Numbered from the stretch's first letter, positions 32,016 to 42,606 are shown. The stretch is 64,000 nt of DNA from an uncultured Burkholderiales bacterium (GCA_903894995.1 CAITSG010000156.1:13240-77239), one strand, 5' to 3'. Program-made: numbers and translations. Notes: generated by a model not told the origin, from the letters alone.

Positions 32016-33679
32016 TTGATGCTGACAGGCATGGTCAGATTGGCGGCCCTGAAGTCCATGGTGAAGGTGGGGGACCATTTCCACTGGATGTCTTTGCGTT
32101 TGCCATAAAACACGACGTTTCTGTGCAGCACGGTGTAGGCGGGATCTTCACGCTCTGCAATTTCCAGCATGCGGCGAAAAGCACGGTTGCGGTTGTCCAT
32201 GTTGGTGGAAGTTTCCAACAAGGTGGACAAGGTATTGAACTCGCTGTTCCGCCACTCGCCCATCTGTTGTTGTTGGCCGTTGGGGCCGTGTTGGTTCACG
32301 ATGGAGCTGACCGGATCGTTGAAGGGCGCAGAATTCGACCAGTCACGCACGCCACGAGAAGAGCTGGCTGTTTCAAAAATTTGACCCCAGTTTTCTTTCA
32401 TCTGCATGTCCACGTTCAGGCCGACGGCACGCCACATTTCAGCCAACACTTGCGCCGTTTGCACTTGGTTGGTGTAGTAATTGTTCAAGACCCGAAATGG
32501 AATGGGTTCACCTTTGTAGCCAGCCTCTTTGACCAAACGGGCTGCCAGTGCAGGGTCGTACTTGGGGACACTCCAGTTTTTCTGGAACATGGGTCCGTAA
32601 TATTCCCACTGCAAGCCAGCGGGCACGGTGGTGCGGTTGCCCCACAAAGATTTGACAATCGCGTCACGGTCGATCGCGTGGGCCATGGCCAAGCGAATTT
32701 TGGGATTGGCCATCTGCGGGTGGTTCTTGTCGAAGACGATGATGCGGTGATTGAGCACGGGGCCACCAACCACTTCAAACTTGGGGTTGGCTTCGATGGT
32801 TTTGATCTGGTCAGGCGGAATGTCGGTCACAAAATCGTACTCGCCACTGAGCAAGCCATTCACGCGTCCCGACACTTCAGGAACGACTTGGTAACGCACT
32901 TCTTTCACGTTGGGTTTGCCAGCGAAATAAGCATCGTGCGCCGTCAACACCAAGCTGTTGTCCGGCTTGAATTCTTTGATTTTGAAAGGACCCGCAGCCA
33001 CGGGCGAACGCGCCCAACTGGCCCAGTCTTTGGCTTCCAAAAAGGCGCGCTTGGAGATGATTTCAGATGACCGTGCCAAACGACCCTCGAGGGTCAAATC
33101 GGGTGCCAAATTGATGAATCGCACAGTGTATTTGTCGATCACTTTGACTTGCGCCAAAGAAGGCCACATGCGCCTGGCGACCGCAGGCACTTCGGGTGGC
33201 AAAGTGGCCGCAGGCAGTTTGACGGCCGTGGCTGGTGTTTGATTGGTCGTGGTGGCAATGGTTGCAGCGACTTGGCCCACAACCAAGGGTTTGGTGCTGC
33301 CAAACATGTACTCGGGCCCAAAGGTGAATGCCACATCGTCGGCGGTCATCTCGTCACCGTTGTGGAACTTCACGCCTTTGCGCAGTTTCAGTTCCACCGT
33401 GAAGTCATCAATGCGCTTCCAAGAAGTGGCCAGACCCGGCTTGAGTGACAAATCGCCCTGGCGATCCAGTTCAATCAGCCCTGCATAAATCATGGGGAAG
33501 GAGCGCGAGCCCACATTCGATTGTTCGCGCAAAGGCGTCAAAGTTCCCGAATTGGCCACCTGCTGAACGGCCACGCGGACTGTTGGGCGGCTGTCGGTTT
33601 GAGCAGTGGCAGTGCCTACCCATGTCAAGGATGACACCAGCAGCAAAGTCTTTAACAAATGATGTTTCACGGTATGCAC
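32012..33679 (-). CDS. ABC transporter substrate-binding protein, family 5 (peptide/nickel type)
   Basis: 555 aa with a signal peptide MHTVKHHLLKTLLLVSSLTWVGTATA, a family-5 size and GLATSWKRIDDFTVELKLRKGVKFHNGDEMTADDV. Confidence 0.88.
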   Translation of the reverse strand: MHTVKHHLLKTLLLVSSLTWVGTATAQTDSRPTVRVAVQQVANSGTLTPLREQSNVGSRSFPMIYAGLIELDRQGDLSLKPGLATSWKRIDDFTVELKLRKGVKFHNGDEMTADDVAFTFGPEYMFGSTKPLVVGQVAATIATTTNQTPATAVKLPAATLPPEVPAVARRMWPSLAQVKVIDKYTVRFINLAPDLTLEGRLARSSEIISKRAFLEAKDWASWARSPVAAGPFKIKEFKPDNSLVLTAHDAYFAGKPNVKEVRYQVVPEVSGRVNGLLSGEYDFVTDIPPDQIKTIEANPKFEVVGGPVLNHRIIVFDKNHPQMANPKIRLAMAHAIDRDAIVKSLWGNRTTVPAGLQWEYYGPMFQKNWSVPKYDPALAARLVKEAGYKGEPIPFRVLNNYYTNQVQTAQVLAEMWRAVGLNVDMQMKENWGQIFETASSSRGVRDWSNSAPFNDPVSSIVNQHGPNGQQQQMGEWRNSEFNTLSTLLETSTNMDNRNRAFRRMLEIAEREDPAYTVLHRNVVFYGKRKDIQWKWSPTFTMDFRAANLTMPVSIK

Positions 33680-33927
33680 CTGAGAGGACCAAAAACCTCA
33701 TGGTGCCCATGACGTGTGAACGTGCTGTGGCGAAGGCATGAAGCTTCTATGACCTTGTCAAAGATGCGTTGATTGTTTGTATTTTCGACAACTCAAAACA
33801 CCCGCGAGAACGATCTGGTCTAGGGGGTGTTGATGCGCGTGCAGTGCCTTGATCTCTTCAATCGCCGCGTGGGTGCAGATCGTGTGGTGATGATGTCTGC
33901 GTGACCCAGCAGCGTTTGCACGGCACA

Positions 33928-33966
33928 AATGGCGCTTTTAAATGGCGCTTTTATATTGCGCTTTTA
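33928..33966. repeat. three tandem 13-bp units (AATGGCGCTTTTA x2, TATTGCGCTTTTA)
   Basis: Read directly from the sequence. The third unit contains the rpiA stop codon (33964-33966). Confidence 0.9.
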
Positions 33967-34635
33967 AAAGGCCAGCGTGTTCACACCTTCAGAAGTTCCC
34001 AGCAAACACACCTGCGCTTTTTGCAAAGCAAACACACCGACAGTGACCACACCCGGCCACTGACTGACGGTGTTCTCAAACGCCACCGGGTCGGTGATCT
34101 TCAGGCCCTTCACATCGACGATGTGCTGGCCGTTGTCGGTCACCAGGGGCTGGCCGTCTTTCATGCGAAGTACTGCGCTGCCGCCCATGGCTACGAACTG
34201 GCGCATCACGCGGGCCGTGGCCATGGGGATCACTTCCACGGGCAATGGAAACGCACCCAAAGCATCGACCAATTTGCTCTCGTCGGCAATGCAGACAAAC
34301 TGCTTGGACTGAGCGGCCACGATTTTTTCGCGGGTCAGCGCCGCACCACCGCCCTTGACCATGTGACCTTGGTGGTCGATCTCGTCCGCGCCGTCGATGT
34401 AGACCGACAAGCTCTCGACATCGTTGCTGTCAAACACCGAGATACCCAGGGCCTTCAGGCGCACGGTGGAGGCTTCGGAGCTGGACACCGCGCCCTTGAT
34501 CTGGTCCTTCATGGTGGCCAGGGCGTCAATGAATTTATTGACTGTGGAGCCGGTGCCCACGCCAACGATTTCGCCGGGAACAACGTATTTCAGGGCGGCT
34601 TGGCCCACCAGGGCTTTGAGTTCGTCTTGGGTCAT
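33964..34635 (-). CDS. rpiA: ribose-5-phosphate isomerase A
   Basis: [18 protein letters not shown]...VGVGTGSTV...YIDGADEID...[13 protein letters not shown]. Confidence 0.92.
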   Translation of the reverse strand: MTQDELKALVGQAALKYVVPGEIVGVGTGSTVNKFIDALATMKDQIKGAVSSSEASTVRLKALGISVFDSNDVESLSVYIDGADEIDHQGHMVKGGGAALTREKIVAAQSKQFVCIADESKLVDALGAFPLPVEVIPMATARVMRQFVAMGGSAVLRMKDGQPLVTDNGQHIVDVKGLKITDPVAFENTVSQWPGVVTVGVFALQKAQVCLLGTSEGVNTLAF

Positions 34636-34727
34636 GGGGTCGGGTCTGGGTAAAAAATAGAAGTACGCCGGGGTTTGAGACAATCAGGTCAATTGTTGTC
34701 AACGCCTTTGCTGCCCGGAATTATCCA

Positions 34728-35771
34728 ATGTCCCTGATCCCCTATGCCTTCGCCCGCCCCTTTTTGTTCAAAATGGACCCCGAGGCGGCACACGACCTGA
34801 CCATCGAAGGCCTGGCCCGCACCCAAAATACCCCGCTCGACTGCGCTTACCGCCAGCCCTTTGTGGCGCAACCCATCATGCTGGCGGGTCTGCATTTCCC
34901 CAACCGCGTCGGCATGGCTGCGGGTTTGGACAAAAACGCCCGCTGCATCGATGGCCTGGGTGCCATGGGTTTTGGTTTTGTCGAAGTGGGCACCGTCACG
35001 CCCAAGGCGCAGCCGGGTAACCCCAAGCCCCGCATGTTCCGCTTGCCCGAAGCGCAAGCCTTGATCAACCGCTTGGGTTTTAACAACGACGGGCTCGACG
35101 CCTTCATCGCCAACGTCAAGCGCTCCAAATTCCGCCAGCAAGGTCGCCTGCTGGGCCTGAACATCGGCAAAAACGCCGCCACGCCGATTGAAAACGCCAC
35201 CGACGATTATTTGATCGCGCTGGCAGGCGTGTACCCACATGCCGACTACGTGACGGTGAACATCTCCAGCCCCAACACCAAGAACCTTCGCGCCCTGCAA
35301 AGCGACGAGGCGCTTGACGGCCTGCTGGGTGCGCTAGTAGCGCGGCGCGAAGTGCTGGCCTCAGAGCACGGCCGCCGCGTGCCCATGTTCCTGAAAATCG
35401 CCCCCGATCTGGACGAAACGCAAGTGGGGGTGATCGCCGCCACGCTGCAAAAGCACGGCATGGACGGCGTCATCGCCACCAACACCACCCTTGCCCGAGA
35501 CGCCGTGAGCGGCTTGGCGCATGCCGAAGAAATGGGGGGCTTGTCTGGTTCGCCCGTGCTGCAAGGCAGCAACCGCGTGATTCAGCAGTTGCGCGCCGCT
35601 TTGGGCAAAGACTTCCCTATCATCGGCGTGGGCGGCATCCTGAGCGGACACGACGCGATTTCAAAAATTGAAGCCGGGGCCGACGTGGTGCAGATTTACA
35701 CAGGGCTTATTTACAAAGGCCCGGCGCTGGTGACCGAAGTGGCAAGTGCGCTGCAGCAGATGAAGCGCTGA
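34728..35771 (+). CDS. pyrD: dihydroorotate dehydrogenase (quinone), class 2
   Basis: [16 protein letters not shown]...[26 protein letters not shown]...NISSPNT...GVGGI. Confidence 0.93.
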   Translation: MSLIPYAFARPFLFKMDPEAAHDLTIEGLARTQNTPLDCAYRQPFVAQPIMLAGLHFPNRVGMAAGLDKNARCIDGLGAMGFGFVEVGTVTPKAQPGNPKPRMFRLPEAQALINRLGFNNDGLDAFIANVKRSKFRQQGRLLGLNIGKNAATPIENATDDYLIALAGVYPHADYVTVNISSPNTKNLRALQSDEALDGLLGALVARREVLASEHGRRVPMFLKIAPDLDETQVGVIAATLQKHGMDGVIATNTTLARDAVSGLAHAEEMGGLSGSPVLQGSNRVIQQLRAALGKDFPIIGVGGILSGHDAISKIEAGADVVQIYTGLIYKGPALVTEVASALQQMKR

Positions 35772-35775
35772 AAAC

Positions 35776-36594
35776 TCAATCCTTGAAATACACCAACTGG
35801 TGCGTGCTCGCCAGCAACTGACCTTCAGGGCTCCACAGCTCGCCGGTCTGGTCAAAGTAGCCGTGGCGGTAGTTGAGCGCCTTGGCCACACCCAGCACAT
35901 GGCGCGTGCCGACTTGCGCCAGCAAAGCGCTGTCGGCGTGGAAATAGGTGGTGAGCGACACGGTGCCAATCATGGCCCGGCGGCGGCGGCGGATGTAGAT
36001 GCGCGGGAAAAAGCTGTCGCTCAAGGCCGCCAAAGAAGCAAAGTCCAGCGCCCGCTCAGGCTCGTCGCGCACCCACAGGGTCGAGCGCGAATGGGCTTGT
36101 TCCTGCTCGTCAAAGGCTGTCGGAAACGCGCCTTCGACAAAACGCATGTCGTAGCGCTGCGGCCAAGCGGGCATGCCTTTGACGGGCATGCGTGGCACAG
36201 CATCGGGCGCAGGCACGTTGGCAGGCATCACGGCCTCCACGTCCGACCAGGTTTCGCGGCGCACGGCAAACACGGCTGTGGCAGTGGCCAAAACGCCTTC
36301 TTCGTCATTTTGGGTTTGACGGGCTTCGATGATCCAGTGCTGGGTCGATCGGTTGGTGCGCACGGGCCGCGCCACAAAACGGATCTCACCATCGGCCACC
36401 GGGGCTGCAAAGTTGACCGTCAGGGCCACGGGTTCGCCCAGCCGCTCGGGGTGCAGCAGGGCCGACTGCAGCAATTGCGCCGAGGTGGTGCCGCCAAAAG
36501 GCCCGATCATGTTGGCGTAGGCCGGATGGGTTGCGCCCGTGAATTGGTGGGGCGCGGTGGGGCTCAGGTCAATGGCTTCGTCAAATGGATGCAT
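35776..36594 (-). CDS. acyl-CoA thioesterase (TesB-like double hot-dog)
   Basis: 272 aa with a two-hot-dog layout, GGTTSAQLLQSAL and HQLVYFK at the C-terminus. Confidence 0.7.
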   Translation of the reverse strand: MHPFDEAIDLSPTAPHQFTGATHPAYANMIGPFGGTTSAQLLQSALLHPERLGEPVALTVNFAAPVADGEIRFVARPVRTNRSTQHWIIEARQTQNDEEGVLATATAVFAVRRETWSDVEAVMPANVPAPDAVPRMPVKGMPAWPQRYDMRFVEGAFPTAFDEQEQAHSRSTLWVRDEPERALDFASLAALSDSFFPRIYIRRRRRAMIGTVSLTTYFHADSALLAQVGTRHVLGVAKALNYRHGYFDQTGELWSPEGQLLASTHQLVYFKD

Positions 36595-36781
36595 GTGTCA
36601 GATATTAGAGGCTGCCATGCGAGCCGCGCTGTCCCGCTTGAGGCACCAAGGCAAAGCCTTGACCCGACTGACCGGAACGCAAAGGTGTTACCGAGTGTGT
36701 ATATAGCCTTAAATAGCTCTTATTCGGCTTAGACTGAATACAGCCAACATCCGTTGGCCAATAACTCTATCGGAGCTCATC

Positions 36782-37471
36782 ATGAAAAAATACGGTGCCG
36801 AATTTTTCGGAACATTCTGGTTGGTCTTGGGCGGCTGCGGCAGCGCCGTGCTGGCGGCTGCGTTCCCACAATTGGGAATCGGCTTTTTAGGCGTTTCGCT
36901 GGCCTTTGGCCTCACGGTCCTGACCATGGCCTTTGCCATCGGTCACATCTCAGGTTGCCACCTGAACCCGGCGGTCTCGATTGGCTTGTGGGCCGGGGGC
37001 CGCTTCCCTGCCAAAGACCTGGTGCCTTACATCGTGTCCCAAGTGCTCGGCGGCATTGCCGCAGGTGGCGTGCTGTACCTGATCGCGAGCGGCAAGGCGG
37101 GGTTTGACGTCGCTGGGGGCTTTGCCTCCAACGGGTTTGGCGAACATTCACCCGGCGGCTACAGCATGGTGGCAGCCCTGGTGACCGAAGTGGTCATGAC
37201 CATGATGTTCCTCTTGGTGATTCTGGGTTCGACCGACAAACGCGCACCGCAAGGCCTGGCACCGATCGCCATCGGTTTGTGCTTGACTTTGATTCACCTG
37301 ATCAGCATTCCGGTCACCAACACCTCTGTCAACCCTGCACGCAGCACAGGTGTGGCCGTGTTCGTGGGTGACTGGGCTGTGTCACAGCTGTGGCTGTTCT
37401 GGCTGGCACCCATTGTCGGTGCAGTTTTGGGTGCGCTGGTGTACCGCCTGATCGGCTCAGAAGAGAAATGA
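36782..37471 (+). CDS. aqpZ: aquaporin Z
   Basis: [23 protein letters not shown], with two NPA boxes (HLNPAVS and VNPARS). Confidence 0.93.
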   Translation: MKKYGAEFFGTFWLVLGGCGSAVLAAAFPQLGIGFLGVSLAFGLTVLTMAFAIGHISGCHLNPAVSIGLWAGGRFPAKDLVPYIVSQVLGGIAAGGVLYLIASGKAGFDVAGGFASNGFGEHSPGGYSMVAALVTEVVMTMMFLLVILGSTDKRAPQGLAPIAIGLCLTLIHLISIPVTNTSVNPARSTGVAVFVGDWAVSQLWLFWLAPIVGAVLGALVYRLIGSEEK

Positions 37472-37873
37472 TGTCTCAAAGACTTGGGTGAAATGCGCTG
37501 AGGTCAGCGTAGCCTCTGAAGGATCCGACCTCAGAAAGAACCGCTGGTGTGGCCAGCAGGCGCCGAGCCGACATGCTTCTTATGGACTCCCCAAGCAACT
37601 GGCTTTAACTCAAGCCCGCTTTAAAAAGGCGGCATTGTAATGACTGGGGGAAGCTTGACAGCCGGCGTGCCCCCCGCCATCGTTGGTGTCGACATCCATT
37701 TTTTGGCGCAGGCTTTGCCCATTGGCTTGTCCAAAAAGGGCCAATCACGCGCATCCAACAAATTGGAAGGTGTTGAATTTGCCAACCCTTCGGTTTTTTT
37801 GAACGGTTGGCCCCTGAAGATCCACGCTAAAACGGAGTCAAGCAGTACCTTAGCCTCAAGACCTGATCGGACA

Positions 37874-38497
37874 TCAGCATTTTTCATGTGCACGCCTGCG
37901 GATTCGACGGCAATAGGCCACGAAACGGCTCGCACGGCGCTGTAACCATCTCACCCAATATGGCCCTGCACCACGCCACCTGCCCACCCTGGATGGCAAA
38001 TGATGAATCAACAACAGCAACCCGGTGTAGAGCATCAGTTTGCCGAGGAACACCATCGTGCCGATCGACTCGGGTGGCACACCGCTCAAGGCGAAGAGCG
38101 CGATGGAGGAACGCGGAGAGTCTGGAAAGACCGAGAAAAACACCATGCTGACCGGCCCCCAGTCCCGCAGCGTGGCCAGTACTTGCGGCCCTTGTGACCC
38201 CATCAGCTTTTGGCTCAGCGAATCGGCAGACGCCGTCAGGGTCCCCATGCCCAAGGCCAATAAATAAGCACTCAGTGCAGAAGCCAGTGCAAAGACCACC
38301 ACAATGAGTTTGCCTTTTTGCGGCTGAAGAACACACAAGGCCAGCACAAACATTTCTGCGGGCAGCATGGGCAAAAACCCGTCCAAAATTGAAAAAATAG
38401 CCAATAGAAAAATGGTTTTGGGCTCAGTGCCGTGGCGCAAAAGCGCGGTTTCGATCCGCTGAAACAAACGCTGAAAGAATGATGGTGAAGAGTGCAT
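37874..38497 (-). CDS. membrane protein, DedA/VTT-like (YqaA-type)
   Basis: 207 aa with 4-5 TM segments. LDGFLPMLPAEMFVLAL and FFSVFPDSPRSSIALFALSG resemble the VTT-domain layout; the assignment is tentative. Confidence 0.55.
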   Translation of the reverse strand: MHSSPSFFQRLFQRIETALLRHGTEPKTIFLLAIFSILDGFLPMLPAEMFVLALCVLQPQKGKLIVVVFALASALSAYLLALGMGTLTASADSLSQKLMGSQGPQVLATLRDWGPVSMVFFSVFPDSPRSSIALFALSGVPPESIGTMVFLGKLMLYTGLLLLIHHLPSRVGRWRGAGPYWVRWLQRRASRFVAYCRRIRRRAHEKC

Positions 38498-38525
38498 GAA
38501 GGGCTAGCGCTTGATCTTGATGACC

Positions 38526-39644
38526 TCAAGCCAACCGAGCGCAGACCTCTTGCGCCATCGCCAGCGAGCTGGTCAAGCCGGGCGATTCGATGCCCAGCAG
38601 GTTCACCAGACCGGGCACACCATGCTCGGCGGGACCTTGGATCATGAAATCAGCTGCGGCTTCGTGCGGTGCGTTGATCTTGGGGCGCATACCTGCATAA
38701 CCCGCCTGCAAAGCGCCATCGGCCAAAGCGGGCCAATATTTGCGCACCTCGGTATAAAAGGCATCGCCCCGGCGCGGGTCGACCTGCAGGTCGTTGGGGT
38801 TTTCGACCCATTGGACGTCCGGACCGAACTTGGCTTGCCCGCCCAAATCCAATGTCAGGTGCACCCCCAAACCAGCCTTTTCGGGCACGGGGTAGATCAG
38901 GCGGGAAAACGGGGCCTTGCCCGCCAGCGTGAAATAGTTGCCCTTGGCGTAATGCGCTTGAGGCAGCAGGCTTTTGTCCAGCCCGTCCATGCCCCGCGCG
39001 ATCGCCACGGCACTCAGCCCTGCAGCGTTGACCAGCACCTTGCACGCCAGCTCGGTGCCGTCTTGTGTGCACACCCGAATCGGGTGGCTGGCCGTGCCTT
39101 GCCGCACGCCGATGCGCTGCACGGGCGAGACCAGCGCCAGCAGGCCGCCTGCGTTTTCCATGTCGCCTTGCAAGGCGAGCATGTAACCGTGGCTGTTAAT
39201 CACCCCGGTGCTGGGCGAAAGCAGCGCCGCTTCGCAAGCCAGCGCAGGCTCCAGCGCTTGGGCCTGCGCAGCCGTGAGTTTTTGCAAATCGTGCAAGCCG
39301 TTGGCGGCGGCCTTGACCATGATGCCGTCCAGCGCCAGCACTTGTTCAGAAGTTGTGGCCACGATCAGCTTGCCCAGCTGACGGTGTGCCACGCCGCGCT
39401 CGGCGCAATAGGCGTAAAGCATTTGCTTGCCTTGCACGCACAGCCGGGCCTTGAGCGAGCCAGCCGGGTAATAAATGCCCGCGTGAATGACCTCGCTGTT
39501 GCGCGAACTGGTGCCAGTGCCGATGGCGTTTTCCGATTCGAGCACCATCACCTCGTGGCCCTTGAGCGCCAGCGCACGCCCCACAGCCAAGCCGACCACC
39601 CCAGCCCCAATCACAACAGCATCAACTTGTTCCATAGGCAGCAT
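38526..39644 (-). CDS. FAD-dependent oxidoreductase (L-2-hydroxyglutarate oxidase LhgO-like)
   Basis: [18 protein letters not shown] Rossmann motif, then [15 protein letters not shown]. The start may be 39644 or 39635. Confidence 0.8.
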   Translation of the reverse strand: MLPMEQVDAVVIGAGVVGLAVGRALALKGHEVMVLESENAIGTGTSSRNSEVIHAGIYYPAGSLKARLCVQGKQMLYAYCAERGVAHRQLGKLIVATTSEQVLALDGIMVKAAANGLHDLQKLTAAQAQALEPALACEAALLSPSTGVINSHGYMLALQGDMENAGGLLALVSPVQRIGVRQGTASHPIRVCTQDGTELACKVLVNAAGLSAVAIARGMDGLDKSLLPQAHYAKGNYFTLAGKAPFSRLIYPVPEKAGLGVHLTLDLGGQAKFGPDVQWVENPNDLQVDPRRGDAFYTEVRKYWPALADGALQAGYAGMRPKINAPHEAAADFMIQGPAEHGVPGLVNLLGIESPGLTSSLAMAQEVCARLA

Positions 39645-39666
39645 TGTGGCGCAGAGATCGGTGTTC

Positions 39667-39741
39667 TGTAGGAGTGGCGCCCTCGCCGCGATAGGCATCT
39701 CGCAGACCACAAGTCATCGCCCCGAGGGCGGGGCTCCTACA
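39667..39741. repeat. REP-like imperfect palindromic element
   Basis: Arms TGTAGGAGtggcGCCCTCGccgcGAT and, as reverse complement, TGTAGGAGccccGCCCTCGgggcGAT flank a ~23-nt centre. It lies in the divergent intergenic region. Confidence 0.6.
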
Positions 39742-39824
39742 AACCCAAGAGGTGACACCCGCAAGACAGACACCGGCAACGCACACAGGCAGACTTCCAG
39801 TCATTCAAACAAGGAGACCGTTTC

Positions 39825-40586
39825 ATGTCGTTGTTCAATCTCAAAGGAAAAGTCGCCGTCGTGACCGGGTCTAGCCGAGGCATTGGCCGATCCATCGCGC
39901 ACCAGCTGGCCCAGCAAGGTGCCAAAGTGGTCGTGTCCAGCCGCAAGCAAGATGCCTGCGAATTGGTGGTCAAAGAAATTCAGGCCGCTGGCGGCGAAGC
40001 CATGGCCATTGCCGCCAGCATCTCCAGCAAGGAGCAGCTGCAAAACCTGATTGCGCAGACCCGCCAGACCTGGGGGGTGATCGACATTTTGGTGTGCAAT
40101 GCGGCCACCAACCCCTATTACGGTCCGGCCACGGGCATGAGCGACGAGGTGTTTGACAAGGTGATGCGCAACAACGTGTTGTCGAATGCCTGGTTGTGCA
40201 ACCTGGTCTACCCCGACATGAAGACCCAAAAAGACGGGGCCATTGTGATCGTGTCTTCTATTGGTGGGCTGCACGGCTCCTCGGTCATCGGAGCCTACAA
40301 CCTGTCCAAAGCGGCCGACATGCAATTGGCGCGCAATCTGGCGGTGGAATGGGGGCCAGACAATATCCGCGTGAACTGCATCGCCCCGGGCTTGATCAAG
40401 ACCGACTTTGCCAAAGCGCTGCACGAAGACCCGGTGCTGAGCGCCAAATACAACAACGAAACCCCTCTGCGCCGCATGGGCGAGCCCGATGACATTGGGG
40501 GAATCGCGGTGTTTTTGGCCAGCCCGGCAGCCCAATACGTGACGGGTCAGACCGTGGTGGCCGATGGCGGGATGATGATTCGTTGA
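39825..40586 (+). CDS. SDR family oxidoreductase
   Basis: VAVVTGSSRGIGRSIA (TGxxxGIG), NAA, and catalytic YNLSKAA. Confidence 0.9.
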   Translation: MSLFNLKGKVAVVTGSSRGIGRSIAHQLAQQGAKVVVSSRKQDACELVVKEIQAAGGEAMAIAASISSKEQLQNLIAQTRQTWGVIDILVCNAATNPYYGPATGMSDEVFDKVMRNNVLSNAWLCNLVYPDMKTQKDGAIVIVSSIGGLHGSSVIGAYNLSKAADMQLARNLAVEWGPDNIRVNCIAPGLIKTDFAKALHEDPVLSAKYNNETPLRRMGEPDDIGGIAVFLASPAAQYVTGQTVVADGGMMIR

Positions 40587-40634
40587 AGGGCATAAACTTC
40601 AGTTTTTCAGCGAACATGGCCCATTGGGCCTTGA

Positions 40635-41123
40635 ATGATGAACATGCGAGTTTTCACCCTTTTATTGGTTTTGACGCTCTCAGCCTGCACCACTGTGGAC
40701 GACTTCCGAAAGATGTCTGCAACTGAGCGCGCTCGCCAGGTTTGTGAGCGCAAAAACGACATCCAGCAACTTTCGGCCGAACAGCGCCAATTGGCCAGCG
40801 CCATACAGTCCTCCCAAATGGATTTGGGGCGGGGCTACAAAGTTCACAGACAATGCCGTCCCGTCAAGGTGTACGGCCCCGTCACCAAAACTTGTAAAAA
40901 AGTGGGCAATGTCACTGAATGCACCGAGTTCCGCCCCGAAGCTTATGAAACACGCTGCATTGAAACGCCGGTGAGCATCAGCCCCGACCTCGAAAGACAA
41001 AACATCCAAGCTTGGTCGTCCGCCCAGACTCAGGTCTCACAAAGCCTGCAAGAGGCCTGGAAAAAATGCACGAATTTTGTCGAACGCTTATCCCCCGAAG
41101 AGGCGTTTCAGCAGTACCAATAG
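40635..41123 (+). CDS. hypothetical Cys-containing lipoprotein
   Basis: MMNMRVFTLLLVLTLSAC lipobox. There is no recognisable domain. Confidence 0.6.
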   Translation: MMNMRVFTLLLVLTLSACTTVDDFRKMSATERARQVCERKNDIQQLSAEQRQLASAIQSSQMDLGRGYKVHRQCRPVKVYGPVTKTCKKVGNVTECTEFRPEAYETRCIETPVSISPDLERQNIQAWSSAQTQVSQSLQEAWKKCTNFVERLSPEEAFQQYQ

Positions 41124-41402
41124 AGCGCTGGCGACAAAGCCACACCGTCCTGCAGAGGTTAAAGCGGTCCAAGCGAAGTGCAACTGGCCAAGCAATTCGA
41201 AGCTTGAGGCATTGCTGAGAACAGAACGAAATGCTGGGCGTGCCCGGCATCACCGTGCTGGCCCCGCCCGACGCGGTGCGGGCCATGCTGCCGTTTTGGG
41301 CGCCTGCCGTGTGCAGCCAGACCACGCGCCGTCACGGCATGGAGCGCTGAGCCGCTCGCAATGGACGCATACCGCGCCTTTTGGGGGTCGCCATCGAAGC
41401 TT

Positions 41403-42476
41403 TCAAGTGCTGCCTCGGAGTTCAATTCGGTAAGGCATGACCACGGTTTCAGAGGCCAACTTTTGCCCTGATCTGGACAAGTAGATGGCTTTGAGCAACA
41501 GCTGCCCTGCCACTTGGCCGATGCCTGCGCTGTCGACCGCCACGGTTGTGATTTGCGGATGGCACGCCTGAGCTACCTCAAAGCCGCCGAAGCCGGCAAT
41601 CGCCAGCCTGCCAGGCACTGACCAGCCCCGGCGTTGACATTCAGACAAGGCGCCAAACGCGACATGGTCTGACACACACACAAGCGCGTCCAGCTCGGGC
41701 CAACGGGCCACCATTTGCGCCACCCCTTGAGCGCCCGCCTCCATGGAGACGGGGGCGCTGCCAATGGCCAGGGTTCGGGTCGTGTCCAGTCCTAACTGCC
41801 CCATCGCTTCCAAAAAACCCCGCCTGCGGTCCGCACCCCGTGCATCGCTTTGCGGCAAGCCGCCCAAAAAACCCATGCGCCGATACCCCTTGGCATGCAA
41901 AGCGCGCACCAGTTCGCTGACCGCCTGGGCGTTGGAAAAGCCCACGTTGTGCCCAATGGGCTCGTCCAATAAGTCCCAGGTTTCCACCACGGGAACGCCC
42001 GACGATTCAAGCAGTTTTCTGGCCAAGGGCGTGTGGCTACCCCCTGTGACGACAATTCCTTCAGGCCTGCGCATGAGCAGGGCTCGAATCAATTGCTCTT
42101 CGGTTGGCATGTCGTAGTCCGTGTAACCCATCAACACTTGCATGCCCTCAGATTCGACGGCTGCGCTCAGCCCATGGGCCGTGTCAGAAAAATTCGAATT
42201 GTTCAGCGCCGGGATGAGTGCGGCAACAAAGCCGGAACGTTTGGAGGAAAACGTACGGGCCGTTTGGTCCATCACATAGCCCATCTCCTGACAGGTGTTC
42301 AAAATGCGTTGGCGCAAATCCTCGCTGGCATCACTGCGCCGACGCATGGACCGACTCAGCGCCCGTGACACAGTCATCTTGGATACACCCAGTCGTGCCG
42401 CTATGTCGGCCATGGTGACATGGCCCAAGCCATCAGGGGTCAAGGGGTCTGCTGGGCTCGAATTCTTGTTGCTCAA
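41403..42476 (-). CDS. LacI family transcriptional regulator
   Basis: N-terminal HTH VTMADIAARLGVSKMTVSRAL plus a periplasmic-binding-protein-like sugar-binding core. Confidence 0.9.
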   Translation of the reverse strand: MSNKNSSPADPLTPDGLGHVTMADIAARLGVSKMTVSRALSRSMRRRSDASEDLRQRILNTCQEMGYVMDQTARTFSSKRSGFVAALIPALNNSNFSDTAHGLSAAVESEGMQVLMGYTDYDMPTEEQLIRALLMRRPEGIVVTGGSHTPLARKLLESSGVPVVETWDLLDEPIGHNVGFSNAQAVSELVRALHAKGYRRMGFLGGLPQSDARGADRRRGFLEAMGQLGLDTTRTLAIGSAPVSMEAGAQGVAQMVARWPELDALVCVSDHVAFGALSECQRRGWSVPGRLAIAGFGGFEVAQACHPQITTVAVDSAGIGQVAGQLLLKAIYLSRSGQKLASETVVMPYRIELRGST

Positions 42477-42606
42477 AACGAACTCCTGTGCCTGAGGTGA
42501 ACGGATGCAGCGCTAGCTGCAAACTCATTGTTGACGCACAGGGCAACTAAAAAAAGGTACAAAAAAATGACTTTGAAAATTTTATAGATACTTTCAGGGT
42601 AAACAC

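Noticed and set aside
41231-41350. A short ORF (MLGVPGITVLAPPDAVRAML...) in the 279-bp gap after the lipoprotein gene. It is reminiscent of the [IV]PG-x-V-x-AP-x-DA block of transketolase/DXS-family proteins.
   Set aside because: Only about 20 residues resemble the block and the rest is non-protein-like. This is too short to distinguish from chance without a database search. At best it is a tiny gene remnant.
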